DNA of 36,359 nt from an uncultured Dehalococcoidia bacterium (GCA_950072105.1 CATMOE010000038.1:1-36359), one strand, 5' to 3'. Counted from the first letter of the stretch, positions 10,193-19,298 are shown. Notes: a model not told the origin generated them from the sequence alone. A program made the numbers and translations.

Positions 10193-10484
10193 ACTATGAA
10201 AGAGAAACTCCAGAGAGAACGATGATTAGAAATCCTACTGCCATGAAAGTTGCCGTTAAGAAAGATACGGGGGCGGAGGATCTGAGCATTGAGAAGGGCA
10301 AGATGTTGCTGAGGCGAAATATCCCCTGCCACCCCACCGGCTGGTTGCCGGTTTTCCCAGTGCGATACCCGATTGATATATGCCGTTCTTGCCAACCTGC
10401 CGCATTAAAATGGGCAAAATGCGGCTAACTTATAGTCTACCACTATCGCGGTAGTTAAATCAAATTTTTGCCCGGTTCAGCCTG

Positions 10485-11942
10485 TTAAGTGCGCCGTAGG
10501 AAGTCTCGCACTTGCTCTTTCAAAGGGTCCGGATCGAATCGGCTCCACAAGATGCTGGCGTTGCGCATCCAGTCTCCTTGGAAGTACCGTTCGTAAAGGA
10601 CCTGACGGGATCCAAATGCGCTTCCGGATAGGTCCCAGGCCAGGCGAAACAGTTGCACCCGCTCCCGGGCGGTGGCGGTGTCCGTATCCATGTATTGCTC
10701 AATCTCCGCGCCCAGAGGTCCGTTGAAGTCCACCTCCGATGGCAAAGCCATCAAGCTGCTGGAACCAAGGAGTTGGATGATTTCCACCATCCTTGGGTAC
10801 ATGCGGATGAACATGTTCCGCGCCACGGTGATTGGTATCGTCGCCGGGCACATTACCCCCCATTCATCCAAGAAGGCGTCGATCTCGGCGGTGCAGAGTA
10901 GAGCTTTCATGACTTCCAGGTTCTCGATCAACTCGGCCAGCAAAGCATGCACCTGGCCGATGCTCTCCGACCCCAAGATCTCTACCATCATCGCGGCCAC
11001 ACCCAACACAAACTCGCACTTCGCCACGTTTTTGGTGACGACCTGGTGGCCGGAATGGTTGTATTGGTGCGTCCTGGGACTGAGATTGTTGGCCAGGTCC
11101 ACGTCCCGGTATAGGAACACTCTCTCCCAAGGGACGAACACATCGTCCATGAAAATTATGGCGTCCATCTCTTCAAACCTGGACCCCAACGGATGATCGA
11201 AGCTGGACCGGTCCAGGTCAAAGCTCTCCCGGCAGAGGAATCTGAGGCCCGGGGTGCCACACGGAATAGCGAAAGCAAAGGCATACCGCCAGGCGTCCTC
11301 AGTGCCTTCTAGCTGGGCGTTTCTTACTGGGTAAACCGCTATCTCGTCGGATAGGGGGCCCAGGGTAGCCAGAACTCGGGGACCGCGGACGACTATGCCG
11401 GCATCGGTTTCCTTGACCACCGCCAACGCGACGTCTGTGCTGTAATTCTGGGTACTGGCAGCCGGGCGGCGATTCCTCTGTAGATTCACCAGGGTATGGG
11501 TTAAGGTCAGGTCGTTCTCTCGGATGTAGTCGTAGTAATTGATGATGTTCTGTTTGAACTCGGGGCGTGACTGGGCAAAATAATCTCCTGCCTGGGCCAT
11601 GGCCATGATGCTGACGTTTAGGAAGTCCGGCGTACGCCCCATCATGCCGTAACTGGTATGGGCCCAGTGGGACATCATGGTCCGGCGCCTTTGCAAGTCT
11701 TCCAGATTCCTGGGAGCGATGAAAGAAAGGCCGACCGGATCACCCGTGGTGGGCGAGGTATAAGTCATCTCGTCGCGTATTTTCGGGTCGTGCTGCATGT
11801 CGTAAAGTCCGGCGATGGAACGAGCACCATTGGCCAGACCGGGAAAGGTAGTCACGTCCTCCACCTTCTGGCCTCGGTGGTGTATCTCTCTCGGTTGGTC
11901 CCGCAGTCCCGCTAGGTACTGTTCTCCGGTGCGCACTGGCAT
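10485..11942 (-). CDS. hpaB: 4-hydroxyphenylacetate 3-monooxygenase-like oxygenase component
   Basis: RTGEQYLAGLRD, GMMGRTPDFLN, FDHPLGSRFEEMDA and FGSRQVLYERY; ATG at 11942 with an AGGAG RBS. The substrate is not established. Confidence 0.9.
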   Translation of the reverse strand: MPVRTGEQYLAGLRDQPREIHHRGQKVEDVTTFPGLANGARSIAGLYDMQHDPKIRDEMTYTSPTTGDPVGLSFIAPRNLEDLQRRRTMMSHWAHTSYGMMGRTPDFLNVSIMAMAQAGDYFAQSRPEFKQNIINYYDYIRENDLTLTHTLVNLQRNRRPAASTQNYSTDVALAVVKETDAGIVVRGPRVLATLGPLSDEIAVYPVRNAQLEGTEDAWRYAFAFAIPCGTPGLRFLCRESFDLDRSSFDHPLGSRFEEMDAIIFMDDVFVPWERVFLYRDVDLANNLSPRTHQYNHSGHQVVTKNVAKCEFVLGVAAMMVEILGSESIGQVHALLAELIENLEVMKALLCTAEIDAFLDEWGVMCPATIPITVARNMFIRMYPRMVEIIQLLGSSSLMALPSEVDFNGPLGAEIEQYMDTDTATARERVQLFRLAWDLSGSAFGSRQVLYERYFQGDWMRNASILWSRFDPDPLKEQVRDFLRRT

Positions 11943-12068
11943 CTGTATCACTCCTGAGGGGTCGGCGCCGGCCACCGGCCGACGCCAAATCGTTCCGTGA
12001 CGGCTAGGTCTCGCATCATCTTACTATACCCAGCAAAGGCACAACCCACGAGGCTGTTTATATCCGGT

Positions 12069-12953
12069 TTATGCGCCCAGATAGCGGCGCAGCCAACTCA
12101 TGGCATGAGCGTTGAAGTCGGTGCACGGAGAGTGGGTCAACTCGGGATAAACGTGGAGCGCCTTGGGACCTGGGATGCGCTCAAAGACGGGTATTATCGT
12201 ATCGTAAGGACAAGTTTGGTCTTTCTTTCCAATGTCCACCAAAGTTGGGCACGTTATGCGGTCGACCAAGTTTAGGCAATCGAAGTAAGAAAGCGTCTCT
12301 AAAACTTCGGTTCTCTGCTGGGGATGCTGGGCCAGATAGTCGCGAAGCTCGCTGTAGGGTGAACTGGTTAGGTCAACCGCCAACGGATAGTTGCAAAGGA
12401 ACGGCTCTTCGGCCACCGCAACCTTCAGTCTTTGATCCAAGGAGGCTGTCGCCAGGGTGAACCCTCCGCCTTGGCTACGGCTCCACATCCCCAATCGCTC
12501 CGGGTCGACCTCCGGACGGGAGCCAAGGAAGTCCAGACCCCGGATGCAGTCCATGTAGGCCCCGCGGTAGTAATACTCCTCTTTATTCTCGAGATGGTAG
12601 GTCAATTTCGTGCCGGACTCTAGTTGCCACTCTTTGAGGCTTTCGCCCTGTCCTCTTGGGTAAAGAGTCAACACCACGAAGCCATTCAAAACCAAGTGGA
12701 ATGGGATGACTTTGCCGCCTCCGTACCCAGGCGCCGCCAGGACCGCCGGAAACCGGCCGTTGGGAGGCGGGTCATTGGGCACGGAATACCAGGCCCGCAT
12801 TCGCCGGTCCTGGAAGCTATGTAAGACAACCTGGTAGGTGGTGAACTCCCGTCCGCTCTGATCGGGAGACTCCTCCACGGAGGCTTTCATCTCCGTTTGC
12901 TCTAGCTGCTTAATCGTACCTTCCCAGAATTCCGATAGTCCGGTAGGACCCAT
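12069..12953 (-). CDS. Acetylxylan esterase / cephalosporin-C deacetylase family (CE7-like) alpha/beta hydrolase
   Basis: PGYGG, RGQG, YYYRGAYMDCIR, SRSQGGG nucleophile elbow, LSYFD, DQTCP and ELTH; ATG at 12953 after GGGAGG. Confidence 0.9.
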   Translation of the reverse strand: MGPTGLSEFWEGTIKQLEQTEMKASVEESPDQSGREFTTYQVVLHSFQDRRMRAWYSVPNDPPPNGRFPAVLAAPGYGGGKVIPFHLVLNGFVVLTLYPRGQGESLKEWQLESGTKLTYHLENKEEYYYRGAYMDCIRGLDFLGSRPEVDPERLGMWSRSQGGGFTLATASLDQRLKVAVAEEPFLCNYPLAVDLTSSPYSELRDYLAQHPQQRTEVLETLSYFDCLNLVDRITCPTLVDIGKKDQTCPYDTIIPVFERIPGPKALHVYPELTHSPCTDFNAHAMSWLRRYLGA

Positions 12954-13239
12954 GGTTTCCTCCCTTGTTTCCACTTTTAGAAAAGGCTGATCGAGAAAGT
13001 TTGCCCGTTACGGCTAGACCCTATCTCAAAACAGGATCCAGCCTGCGCCATCGACGTTGATATAGCCGCGGGTTGGCAGGCCGGTTCAACTTAACCGGGG
13101 GCTTTCATGGTGTCAAGATTGGTCATCTTAAGGCCGGCGGCAAAGCCGGTGATTCGCCTATAACCGGTGGCTCACGAAAGAGTACAATTGCGAACGCTAT
13201 GCGGCGGCCACGCTGCGGCGATCACGGAGAACATTAGAG

Positions 13240-14514
13240 TTGCAATCCGCGCCCCGGGACTCTGTCCCTTTATTGGCAGTATTGAAAAACCGCGCCTTTC
13301 GTACTATCTGGTACGTGGGCACCCTCCACGAGTTTGCCCGGCGGATGGAGCTGCTGATTCTCAGTTGGCTTATCCTCCAGGTTACAGACTCGTATTTTCA
13401 ACTCGGCTTGGTTTTGGTGTTCAACAACCTTCCCAGGCCGTTGATCTCGCTTTTCTCCGGAGTAATAGCAGACCGGTTCAGCCGCCACCGCACAATATTT
13501 ATATCCCAGATAGTGAACGCCATCACTTCCGGGGTAATGCTATTCCTGGTGGCATTCCATATGGATCTATTGAGTCCGTGGATGGTGTTTGCGGCCATCG
13601 CCATGCAGGGCGTGACCAAGTCGATCGAGGACCCATCCCGTCGAACGGCAATCTTGGACATCGTGGGTGAACGGCAATTGGTTCCTGCCCTCTCCTTGGA
13701 CACGATCAGTAATACCTCTGGGAAGATGGCCGGCCCTCTCCTGGGTGGGTGGCTTCTGGGCAACATCGATATCTCCGGGGAATTCACCGGGGCCTACATA
13801 TTCGTCGTATCCATTCACCTGATCAACGTCGTTGCGATTACCCAACTTCGGATTCCCCTCAGAGTATCGAGTCAACCCGGCGAAGCCGTGTGGCGGGGAT
13901 TGAGGACGGCCATTGGATTTGCTCTGCGCAGCCCGTTCATGCGGGGGCTACTCTACGTGACCATCGTCATGAACACTTTGACATTCCCGGTCCAGCAGTT
14001 CATCCCTGCCATCGGGCGCGACAATCTGGGTGTGGGCGTCGCCATGGTGGGCCTGCTAGTTGCGGCCGAGGGCATCGGCCAGTTAGCGGGTGCGGGACTG
14101 ATAGCCTTGGCCCGGGACATCCGATATCACGGACGGCTATTCGCCTTGGGGTCAGTGTCCATCTGTTTCATCACGATATTGTTCGTATGGGCGCCTTGGT
14201 ACGGGTTGGCTTTCGCTCTATTGGCCGTTGGGGGTGTCGGGCAATCGGGGTTTGGAACCATGCAAAGCGCGATTGCTTTGCTGGCCTCTCCCCAGGAAAT
14301 GAGGGGCCGTATGATGGGGTTGCTCAGCTTCTGCATCGGCGTGGGGACTCCGCTTGGAGGACTGGAGATGGGAGCCATGGCGGCTTTATTCACGATCCAA
14401 GGCGCCATCACAGCTAACGTGGCGGCGGGGCTGATCTTGATGGCGCCCGCCCTGGTCTTGAGTCCTTTGCTGTGGAAACCTTTGACTCGTCCGGCGGCCC
14501 CAGACCTCCCCTAA
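13240..14514 (+). CDS. MFS transporter (MFS_3/EntS-like)
   Basis: About 12 hydrophobic segments, GVIADRFSRHR motif A and EMRGRMMG. The TTG start is uncertain. Confidence 0.9.
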   Translation: MQSAPRDSVPLLAVLKNRAFRTIWYVGTLHEFARRMELLILSWLILQVTDSYFQLGLVLVFNNLPRPLISLFSGVIADRFSRHRTIFISQIVNAITSGVMLFLVAFHMDLLSPWMVFAAIAMQGVTKSIEDPSRRTAILDIVGERQLVPALSLDTISNTSGKMAGPLLGGWLLGNIDISGEFTGAYIFVVSIHLINVVAITQLRIPLRVSSQPGEAVWRGLRTAIGFALRSPFMRGLLYVTIVMNTLTFPVQQFIPAIGRDNLGVGVAMVGLLVAAEGIGQLAGAGLIALARDIRYHGRLFALGSVSICFITILFVWAPWYGLAFALLAVGGVGQSGFGTMQSAIALLASPQEMRGRMMGLLSFCIGVGTPLGGLEMGAMAALFTIQGAITANVAAGLILMAPALVLSPLLWKPLTRPAAPDLP

Positions 14515-14593
14515 CCCTTCCTTTGCAAGCAGTGAAATTTAATGCCTCGGCTCTATGAGACATCTCGCCTTCCATCGAGATCGTCCAGGTCTC

Positions 14594-14626
14594 GTCCCCC
14601 CTTTAAAAAGGGGGACCACAGGGGGG
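14594..14626. repeat. C-rich/G-rich REP-like palindrome
   Basis: GTCCCCCCTTTAAAAAGGGGGACCACAGGGGGG; same architecture as the units at 15879-15959 and 20119-20152. Confidence 0.6.
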
Positions 14627-14696
14627 CCGCTTCCCTCTACAGCTAATCTTCTCATGGTCTTTGGATTTCGTAGAGACCGGAGTTAACGTTCGCTGC

Positions 14697-14725
14697 TTGC
14701 CCCATCTAAAGGGAAGGGTTATATT
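14697..14725 (+). promoter_or_regulatory. Putative sigma70 promoter for the globin/aroQ-like pair
   Basis: TTGCCC, 17-bp spacer, TATATT. Confidence 0.5.
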
Positions 14726-14773
14726 CTGAGGGCATCTCAGTATTTGGTGTAGTGCTGGAATTAGCGGGGGTGT

Positions 14774-15349
14774 ATGCCTTATATCGTCGATTGGCCGGGC
14801 CGGTTGAAAGAAATGGCGGATTTCGTGGGCCTGGGAGAGGAAGAACTGGCCCTCATTCGAGAAACCTCGTCCGTGGTTTTAGAGCATGCCGATAGCTTAA
14901 CCGCCTCGGTGTATGACAATTTCCTCAAGTTTCCGGGATCCCGAAAATTCTTCTTGAATGCGGACGGTGAGGTGGACGACGTTCGTCTAGACCGGCGGAA
15001 ACATAGCCTGGCACGTTGGCTAAAGGGCTCCATCGACTTCAAGATCGATGAGGACTACCCCATAAGAGTCCTAGCCACCGGCATCGTGCACTCTCATCCT
15101 CCGGTCCACCGGGCGCACATGGGTTCCATCCCCAGCCGATTCATGATCGGCACCATCTCCTTCACCCAAACGGCGTTGGCAGAATTGCTGCATCGGGAGA
15201 TGGAGGACGCCGGATTAGCGGCGCGGGCGTCGGCAGCCTGGAATAAACTGATGATGTTGCAGTTGGACATATTGCTGGCCGGTTATCTAACCGAAACGCC
15301 CACCGAGCCGGAGCCCTCCGGACATGAAAGCTCCAGCGGACCGTGCTAA
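14774..15349 (+). CDS. Stand-alone protoglobin/sensor-globin domain protein
   Basis: FVGLGEEELALIR, VYDNFLKFP...FF, LARWL, GIVH (candidate proximal His) and AWNKLMMLQLDILL. Confidence 0.8.
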   Translation: MPYIVDWPGRLKEMADFVGLGEEELALIRETSSVVLEHADSLTASVYDNFLKFPGSRKFFLNADGEVDDVRLDRRKHSLARWLKGSIDFKIDEDYPIRVLATGIVHSHPPVHRAHMGSIPSRFMIGTISFTQTALAELLHREMEDAGLAARASAAWNKLMMLQLDILLAGYLTETPTEPEPSGHESSSGPC

Positions 15350-15411
15350 AAAAGCCGCGCCGTGTGTCTATCGGACCGGGACTCAACAATACATGGATTG
15401 GAGATTAAGCG

Positions 15412-15843
15412 ATGACTAAAGTGCTGGTGATCCAGGGAGCAGGGATGAACATGCGGGGCAAATCCCAATTGGACATCTTCGGCCCGACCACTCTGGACCA
15501 GATCAATGAACAGATTCTTGGCTACGCCGAAGGTCTGGGGATAGACGTTGAGCTATATCACTCGAATATCGAAGGCGAAGTAGTCAACGCCATATATGAT
15601 GCCCACGACCGGCAGATAGACGCGGCAGTGATCAACCCCGCCGGCTACACCACCACCACCGGGCCGCTACGCGCCGCGATCACCCAGGTGGGATTTCCGT
15701 TCATCGAAGTACATGCCTCCAACCCCACGGCCAGGGGAACGGTGTCCAATGTACTACCGGTGTGCAAAGGCTCGGTCTACGGCTTCGGAGTTTACGGATA
15801 CTACCTGGCCTTGGAAGCTGTCAAGCACATGTGCGCCGAGTAG
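15412..15843 (+). CDS. aroQ: Type II 3-dehydroquinase-like protein with a divergent active site
   Basis: HSNIEGE, INPAGYT and IEVHASN give the fold assignment; the lid Arg and Tyr are not conserved. Confidence 0.8.
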   Translation: MTKVLVIQGAGMNMRGKSQLDIFGPTTLDQINEQILGYAEGLGIDVELYHSNIEGEVVNAIYDAHDRQIDAAVINPAGYTTTTGPLRAAITQVGFPFIEVHASNPTARGTVSNVLPVCKGSVYGFGVYGYYLALEAVKHMCAE

Positions 15844-15878
15844 TTTTACTGGGGTTGGAATTTGATCGGGGCAGAAGC

Positions 15879-15959
15879 ACCCCCATCCTAACCTTACCCC
15901 GTAAAGGGGGAAGGGACTAATCTCCTCCTCCCTTGCGGAGGAGGATTAAGGTGGGGGGT
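15879..15959. repeat. Inverted pair of C-rich/G-rich REP-like units between convergent genes
   Basis: ACCCCCATCCTAACCTTACCCCGTAAAGGGGGAAGGGAC, and for 15922-15959 the reverse complement ACCCCCCACCTTAATCCTCCTCCGCAAGGGAGGAGGAG. Confidence 0.8.
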
Positions 15960-16007
15960 ACCGTAGCCAGCACCGCCGGTCGGGTAGCGTACCAGTCGGA
16001 CTGGAAG

Positions 16008-16199
16008 CTATCCGCACCAAAGGCAACGGGTCTCATCGAATACGGTGGCCTGAATATCAGGGTTGGACAGCAGGTAGTCCACCATGATCCGCACCACCTT
16101 GCTTTCGTCGGGAATGTTGTACTGTTCTTGGGTGGATCTGAGAAACGCGATCTGTTCCGCGCTTAGATCGATCTGATAAGCATCCTTGGCTCCAGCCAT
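16008..16199 (-). CDS. Small hypothetical protein, possibly ribbon-helix-helix-like, with C-terminal CxxC
   Basis: AGGAG RBS, co-oriented with xth, strand-helix-helix pattern, ends in RCLWCG. Confidence 0.7.
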   Translation of the reverse strand: MAGAKDAYQIDLSAEQIAFLRSTQEQYNIPDESKVVRIMVDYLLSNPDIQATVFDETRCLWCG

Positions 16200-16287
16200 G
16201 GGTCACTCTCCTGCAAACACCACCGGCCTTCCGGTCGATGGAATAAATTCTGGGATACCTGGTTTCGAATAGGGCCGTTCGGACGGG

Positions 16288-17061
16288 TCAGGCGATGTCG
16301 ATACCCACCGGGCAGTGGTCCGATCCCATCACGTCGGCGAGAATGTAAGCGTTCGTGACCTGGGAAGAAAAAGCGTCATCCACAAAGAAGTAGTCGATTC
16401 TCCAACCCACGTTCCGGTCCCGGGCGCGGGTCATCTGGTCCCAATAGGTATAGTTCTCCGGTTCCTGGTTGAACATGCGGAAAGTGTCTTTATAGCCGTG
16501 GCTGATGAACTTGTCCATCCATTCCCTTTCGATGGGCAAGAAGCCCGATGTGCCCTTGTTGGGTTCCGGCCGCGCCAGGTCTATCTCTGTGTGGGCGGTA
16601 TTCAAGTCGCCACAAAGCACGATGCCCTTACCTGACGCTTTAATCTTTTCCACGAATTCCAGAAAGTGGTCGTAAAACTCCATCTTGTACTGCAGACGTT
16701 CGCTGGATGACTGGCCGTTGGGAAAGTAGATGTTGATCAGAACGAACCGGCCGTAGTCGGCAACCAACACCCGGCCTTCTTTGTCGTATTCCTCGACTCC
16801 CAAACCGAAGCTAACCTGTTCCGGTTCAGTTTTGGTGTAAAGGCCCACTCCACTGTAGCCCTTCCTCTCAGGTGTCGAGAAGAACGAGTGGTAACCTTCG
16901 ATTTCCTTCAACGCTGCCGGCAATTGGTCCACATGGGCTTTCGTCTCCTGCAAGCACATTATGTCCGGGCTTGTTTGGCCCAACCACTCCACGAATCCTT
17001 TCTTGTGAGCCGCCCGAATCCCGTTGACGTTCCAGGAAATTGCTCGAATCGTTTCCGCCAT
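16288..17061 (-). CDS. xth: Exodeoxyribonuclease III (AP endonuclease)
   Basis: [33 protein letters not shown] and GSDHCP; ATG at 17061 after GAGGAG. Confidence 0.97.
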   Translation of the reverse strand: MAETIRAISWNVNGIRAAHKKGFVEWLGQTSPDIMCLQETKAHVDQLPAALKEIEGYHSFFSTPERKGYSGVGLYTKTEPEQVSFGLGVEEYDKEGRVLVADYGRFVLINIYFPNGQSSSERLQYKMEFYDHFLEFVEKIKASGKGIVLCGDLNTAHTEIDLARPEPNKGTSGFLPIEREWMDKFISHGYKDTFRMFNQEPENYTYWDQMTRARDRNVGWRIDYFFVDDAFSSQVTNAYILADVMGSDHCPVGIDIA

Positions 17062-17120
17062 TTCAGATCTCCTCAAGGGGTCCGGGGAGTTTGGTCACCT
17101 AAGTTGCACCAAACCAATGA

Positions 17121-17189
17121 GTGGTTCGACGAACTCACCACGAACGGTAGGATGCGCTTTCGCCGTTCGTCCTCAGCCTGTCGAAGGAC
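17121..17189. repeat. Inverted pair of CCGTTCG-tagged REP-like units
   Basis: 17121-17147 reverse complement is CCGTTCGTGGTGAGTTCGTCGAACCAC; 17163-17189 is CCGTTCGTCCTCAGCCTGTCGAAGGAC. Confidence 0.8.
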
Positions 17190-17222
17190 CCAACGTCGAA
17201 GGCGATGATTCCGAGATATCCG

Positions 17223-19298
17223 CTAGGGCCGGATCAACACCCGAACGGTTCCGTCGGCGTCCTTGCGGTGGTTGAGTACGTTGTGTTTCCCCTGCTCGGC
17301 CCAAAGGATGACATCGTAGATGTTCAGGGCGTCGGCCAGGATGGCCTCCACTAAAGATTTATCGTCGTACTCCATCTGCCTGGCCAGGGCGGCGATGACA
17401 CCGGCGCAACTCTTGCCCCGGCCGTCGATGACCACCCAACCGCCCCCGGAACCGTTGCTGGGCATGGTCATTGCTTCGTTGAAATTGGCCCCGGAACTAG
17501 CCCCTTGGAACCCATTGGCTTCGGAAAATACGTTAACTTCACCGGTCTTGCGCATGTCCAACTGGCGCTTGAATTCGGCCACTGACTCCCAAGCAACCGA
17601 CCGTCCCCGGTCTCCATCGCCGCATACAGCGCCACGGACCCCGACGATGTCTGGATTGACTCGAGCTAACTCGTCCAAGTCAGAGATTTTCAAGTGACCC
17701 GACAATGCGGTACTCATACCCATCTCTTTTCCCTGGAGAACCATCTCCTTCAATTTGGCTTCTGTGATGAAATCAAATAGATTTCTACCGTCCTTGGTCA
17801 GAGTATCGATGAGCCATCCGTCGCACTGGCCGTCTTTTGCCAGCTGGACCATGCACATGGGATCCAAGCCGCCGTCGTATAGCACATTGTCGGCAAAAAC
17901 CGAGCCTACCAACTTGCAATTGAAACCCTCCATCGCCCGCCGGGATTGTTGGAGGATGTCAACGGCGGTGTCGTAGTCGGTGGTTCGAAAACCAACCTTG
18001 ACCGACGTAGCGTTCAAGCTGGCGGCGGCATAGGCAGCCATGGCCACCGTGCCGGCCTGATTGGGTACGACTCCGAGGGTAACGCTGACGTGATTCTCCG
18101 GCTGGATCTGGGACCGGACTTGGTGTACCACCGAGGGATGGCCCGAACCGACCATCGCCTCTTGCAGGTTCTTAACGTCCACTACGTCGGCTCCGCCCCT
18201 TTCGGCCTCCAGCGCCTCAGCCACGTTCTGGACGCTTACCATCAACAGCATTCCGGAGAAAAAGGCATTGTTGCCGGTCAGCCAGGACACCCGGTCGTTA
18301 ACCGGCTCGGCGGGCACGGCGTGAACAACTGGCTTGGGCTTTAGCGGTTCTAACTCCCGGCGCAGTTCGTCCTTTTGCTGGCTAGACATGTCTCCCAAAG
18401 GCGCTCGTGCGTGTCCGGTGGACAGGCCCATCAGTTCTCCCCAATATTTCACCATGGGTATGGGCAATGCGCCGTTTAGCTGGTCGACGGTCCGCGTCCA
18501 CCACGTGTCGGAGAGCTCCTTGATTCGGCGCAGGTGTTTGTCGTAGAAAGGCTCGTCCAGGTTTCCTTCGGTAGCCTTGTCGATAAATTGGACGTAGTAG
18601 TTGGCCTCCGGGACGTCGAAGCGCCAATCGGAGGTGTTGGAAAACATGACCTGTTGCTCAAAGCCAAGTTCCTTACCTTTCCAGAATATCCACTCGTCGG
18701 GAGTGCTGATGACGTGGTCCTTGCCCAGTGACAGGTGAGTCTCAATGGATAACTGCTGGTTGAAACTTGCTTCTTTAACACCCACCACGTTGGGTATCTG
18801 ACACAGTTGTTTAAGGCTGGAGGGACTTAAGACTATCCCGAATTGCGGGGAGTTGTAGAACATGATGGCCAGTGAGGTTTTTTCGGCCAAGTAGCGCACC
18901 CACTCGACCACTTGCTCTTCCGTCTTGGTAACCATGTAAGGAGGAGCCACGATCAGGACATCGTATCCCATAGTTTCGGCATTGCGGGCCAGGTCTAACA
19001 TGGCATGCGCCGATGTGTGGGTTACGTGAGCGCCGATGAGCCACTTGCCTTGGGATTCGTCAGCCACGACTTCCATCACCTTCAGACGCTCTTCGTGGGT
19101 CAAGCTCCAGAACTCACCCATCCCCCAAGTGCACCCGGCGCCGCGGGTACCCAACTTCTGAATATGGCGGATGTTATGGCGCATCCCGGTGTCGTCAAAC
19201 TCGTCGTCCGGGGTGAAGGGTGTGATCAAAGTGGTCCATTGGCCTTTCAAGGCGTCCTTGGCCCATTCCTGCGCTTCCTCTTTGGTATAGGTGGCCAT
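17223..19298 (-). CDS. Three-domain fusion: DapA/NAL-family aldolase + MfnB-like (5-formylfuran-3-yl)methyl phosphate synthase + TusA-like sulfur carrier
   Basis: aa 1-~320: ITPF, GMGEF, FYNSP, VGVKEAS. aa 350-~580: LLMVSVQNVAEA..A..GGADVVDVKN, SVKVG, DTLTKDG..LFDF, DIVGVRGAVC..GDR. aa ~621-691: IDGRGKSC...D.....DV..WA...H...LIRP. One uninterrupted ORF. Confidence 0.85.
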   Translation of the reverse strand: MATYTKEEAQEWAKDALKGQWTTLITPFTPDDEFDDTGMRHNIRHIQKLGTRGAGCTWGMGEFWSLTHEERLKVMEVVADESQGKWLIGAHVTHTSAHAMLDLARNAETMGYDVLIVAPPYMVTKTEEQVVEWVRYLAEKTSLAIMFYNSPQFGIVLSPSSLKQLCQIPNVVGVKEASFNQQLSIETHLSLGKDHVISTPDEWIFWKGKELGFEQQVMFSNTSDWRFDVPEANYYVQFIDKATEGNLDEPFYDKHLRRIKELSDTWWTRTVDQLNGALPIPMVKYWGELMGLSTGHARAPLGDMSSQQKDELRRELEPLKPKPVVHAVPAEPVNDRVSWLTGNNAFFSGMLLMVSVQNVAEALEAERGGADVVDVKNLQEAMVGSGHPSVVHQVRSQIQPENHVSVTLGVVPNQAGTVAMAAYAAASLNATSVKVGFRTTDYDTAVDILQQSRRAMEGFNCKLVGSVFADNVLYDGGLDPMCMVQLAKDGQCDGWLIDTLTKDGRNLFDFITEAKLKEMVLQGKEMGMSTALSGHLKISDLDELARVNPDIVGVRGAVCGDGDRGRSVAWESVAEFKRQLDMRKTGEVNVFSEANGFQGASSGANFNEAMTMPSNGSGGGWVVIDGRGKSCAGVIAALARQMEYDDKSLVEAILADALNIYDVILWAEQGKHNVLNHRKDADGTVRVLIRP

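Noticed and set aside
14552..14657. MITE with CTATGAGA / TCTCATGG ends
   Set aside because: Only a 7-of-8 inverted match, no target duplication, and a single copy in the window.
17223..19298. dapA for lysine synthesis, or evidence of methanogenesis
   Set aside because: The GTTGE motif is replaced by WGMGE, and no other C1 or methanofuran genes are in the window.
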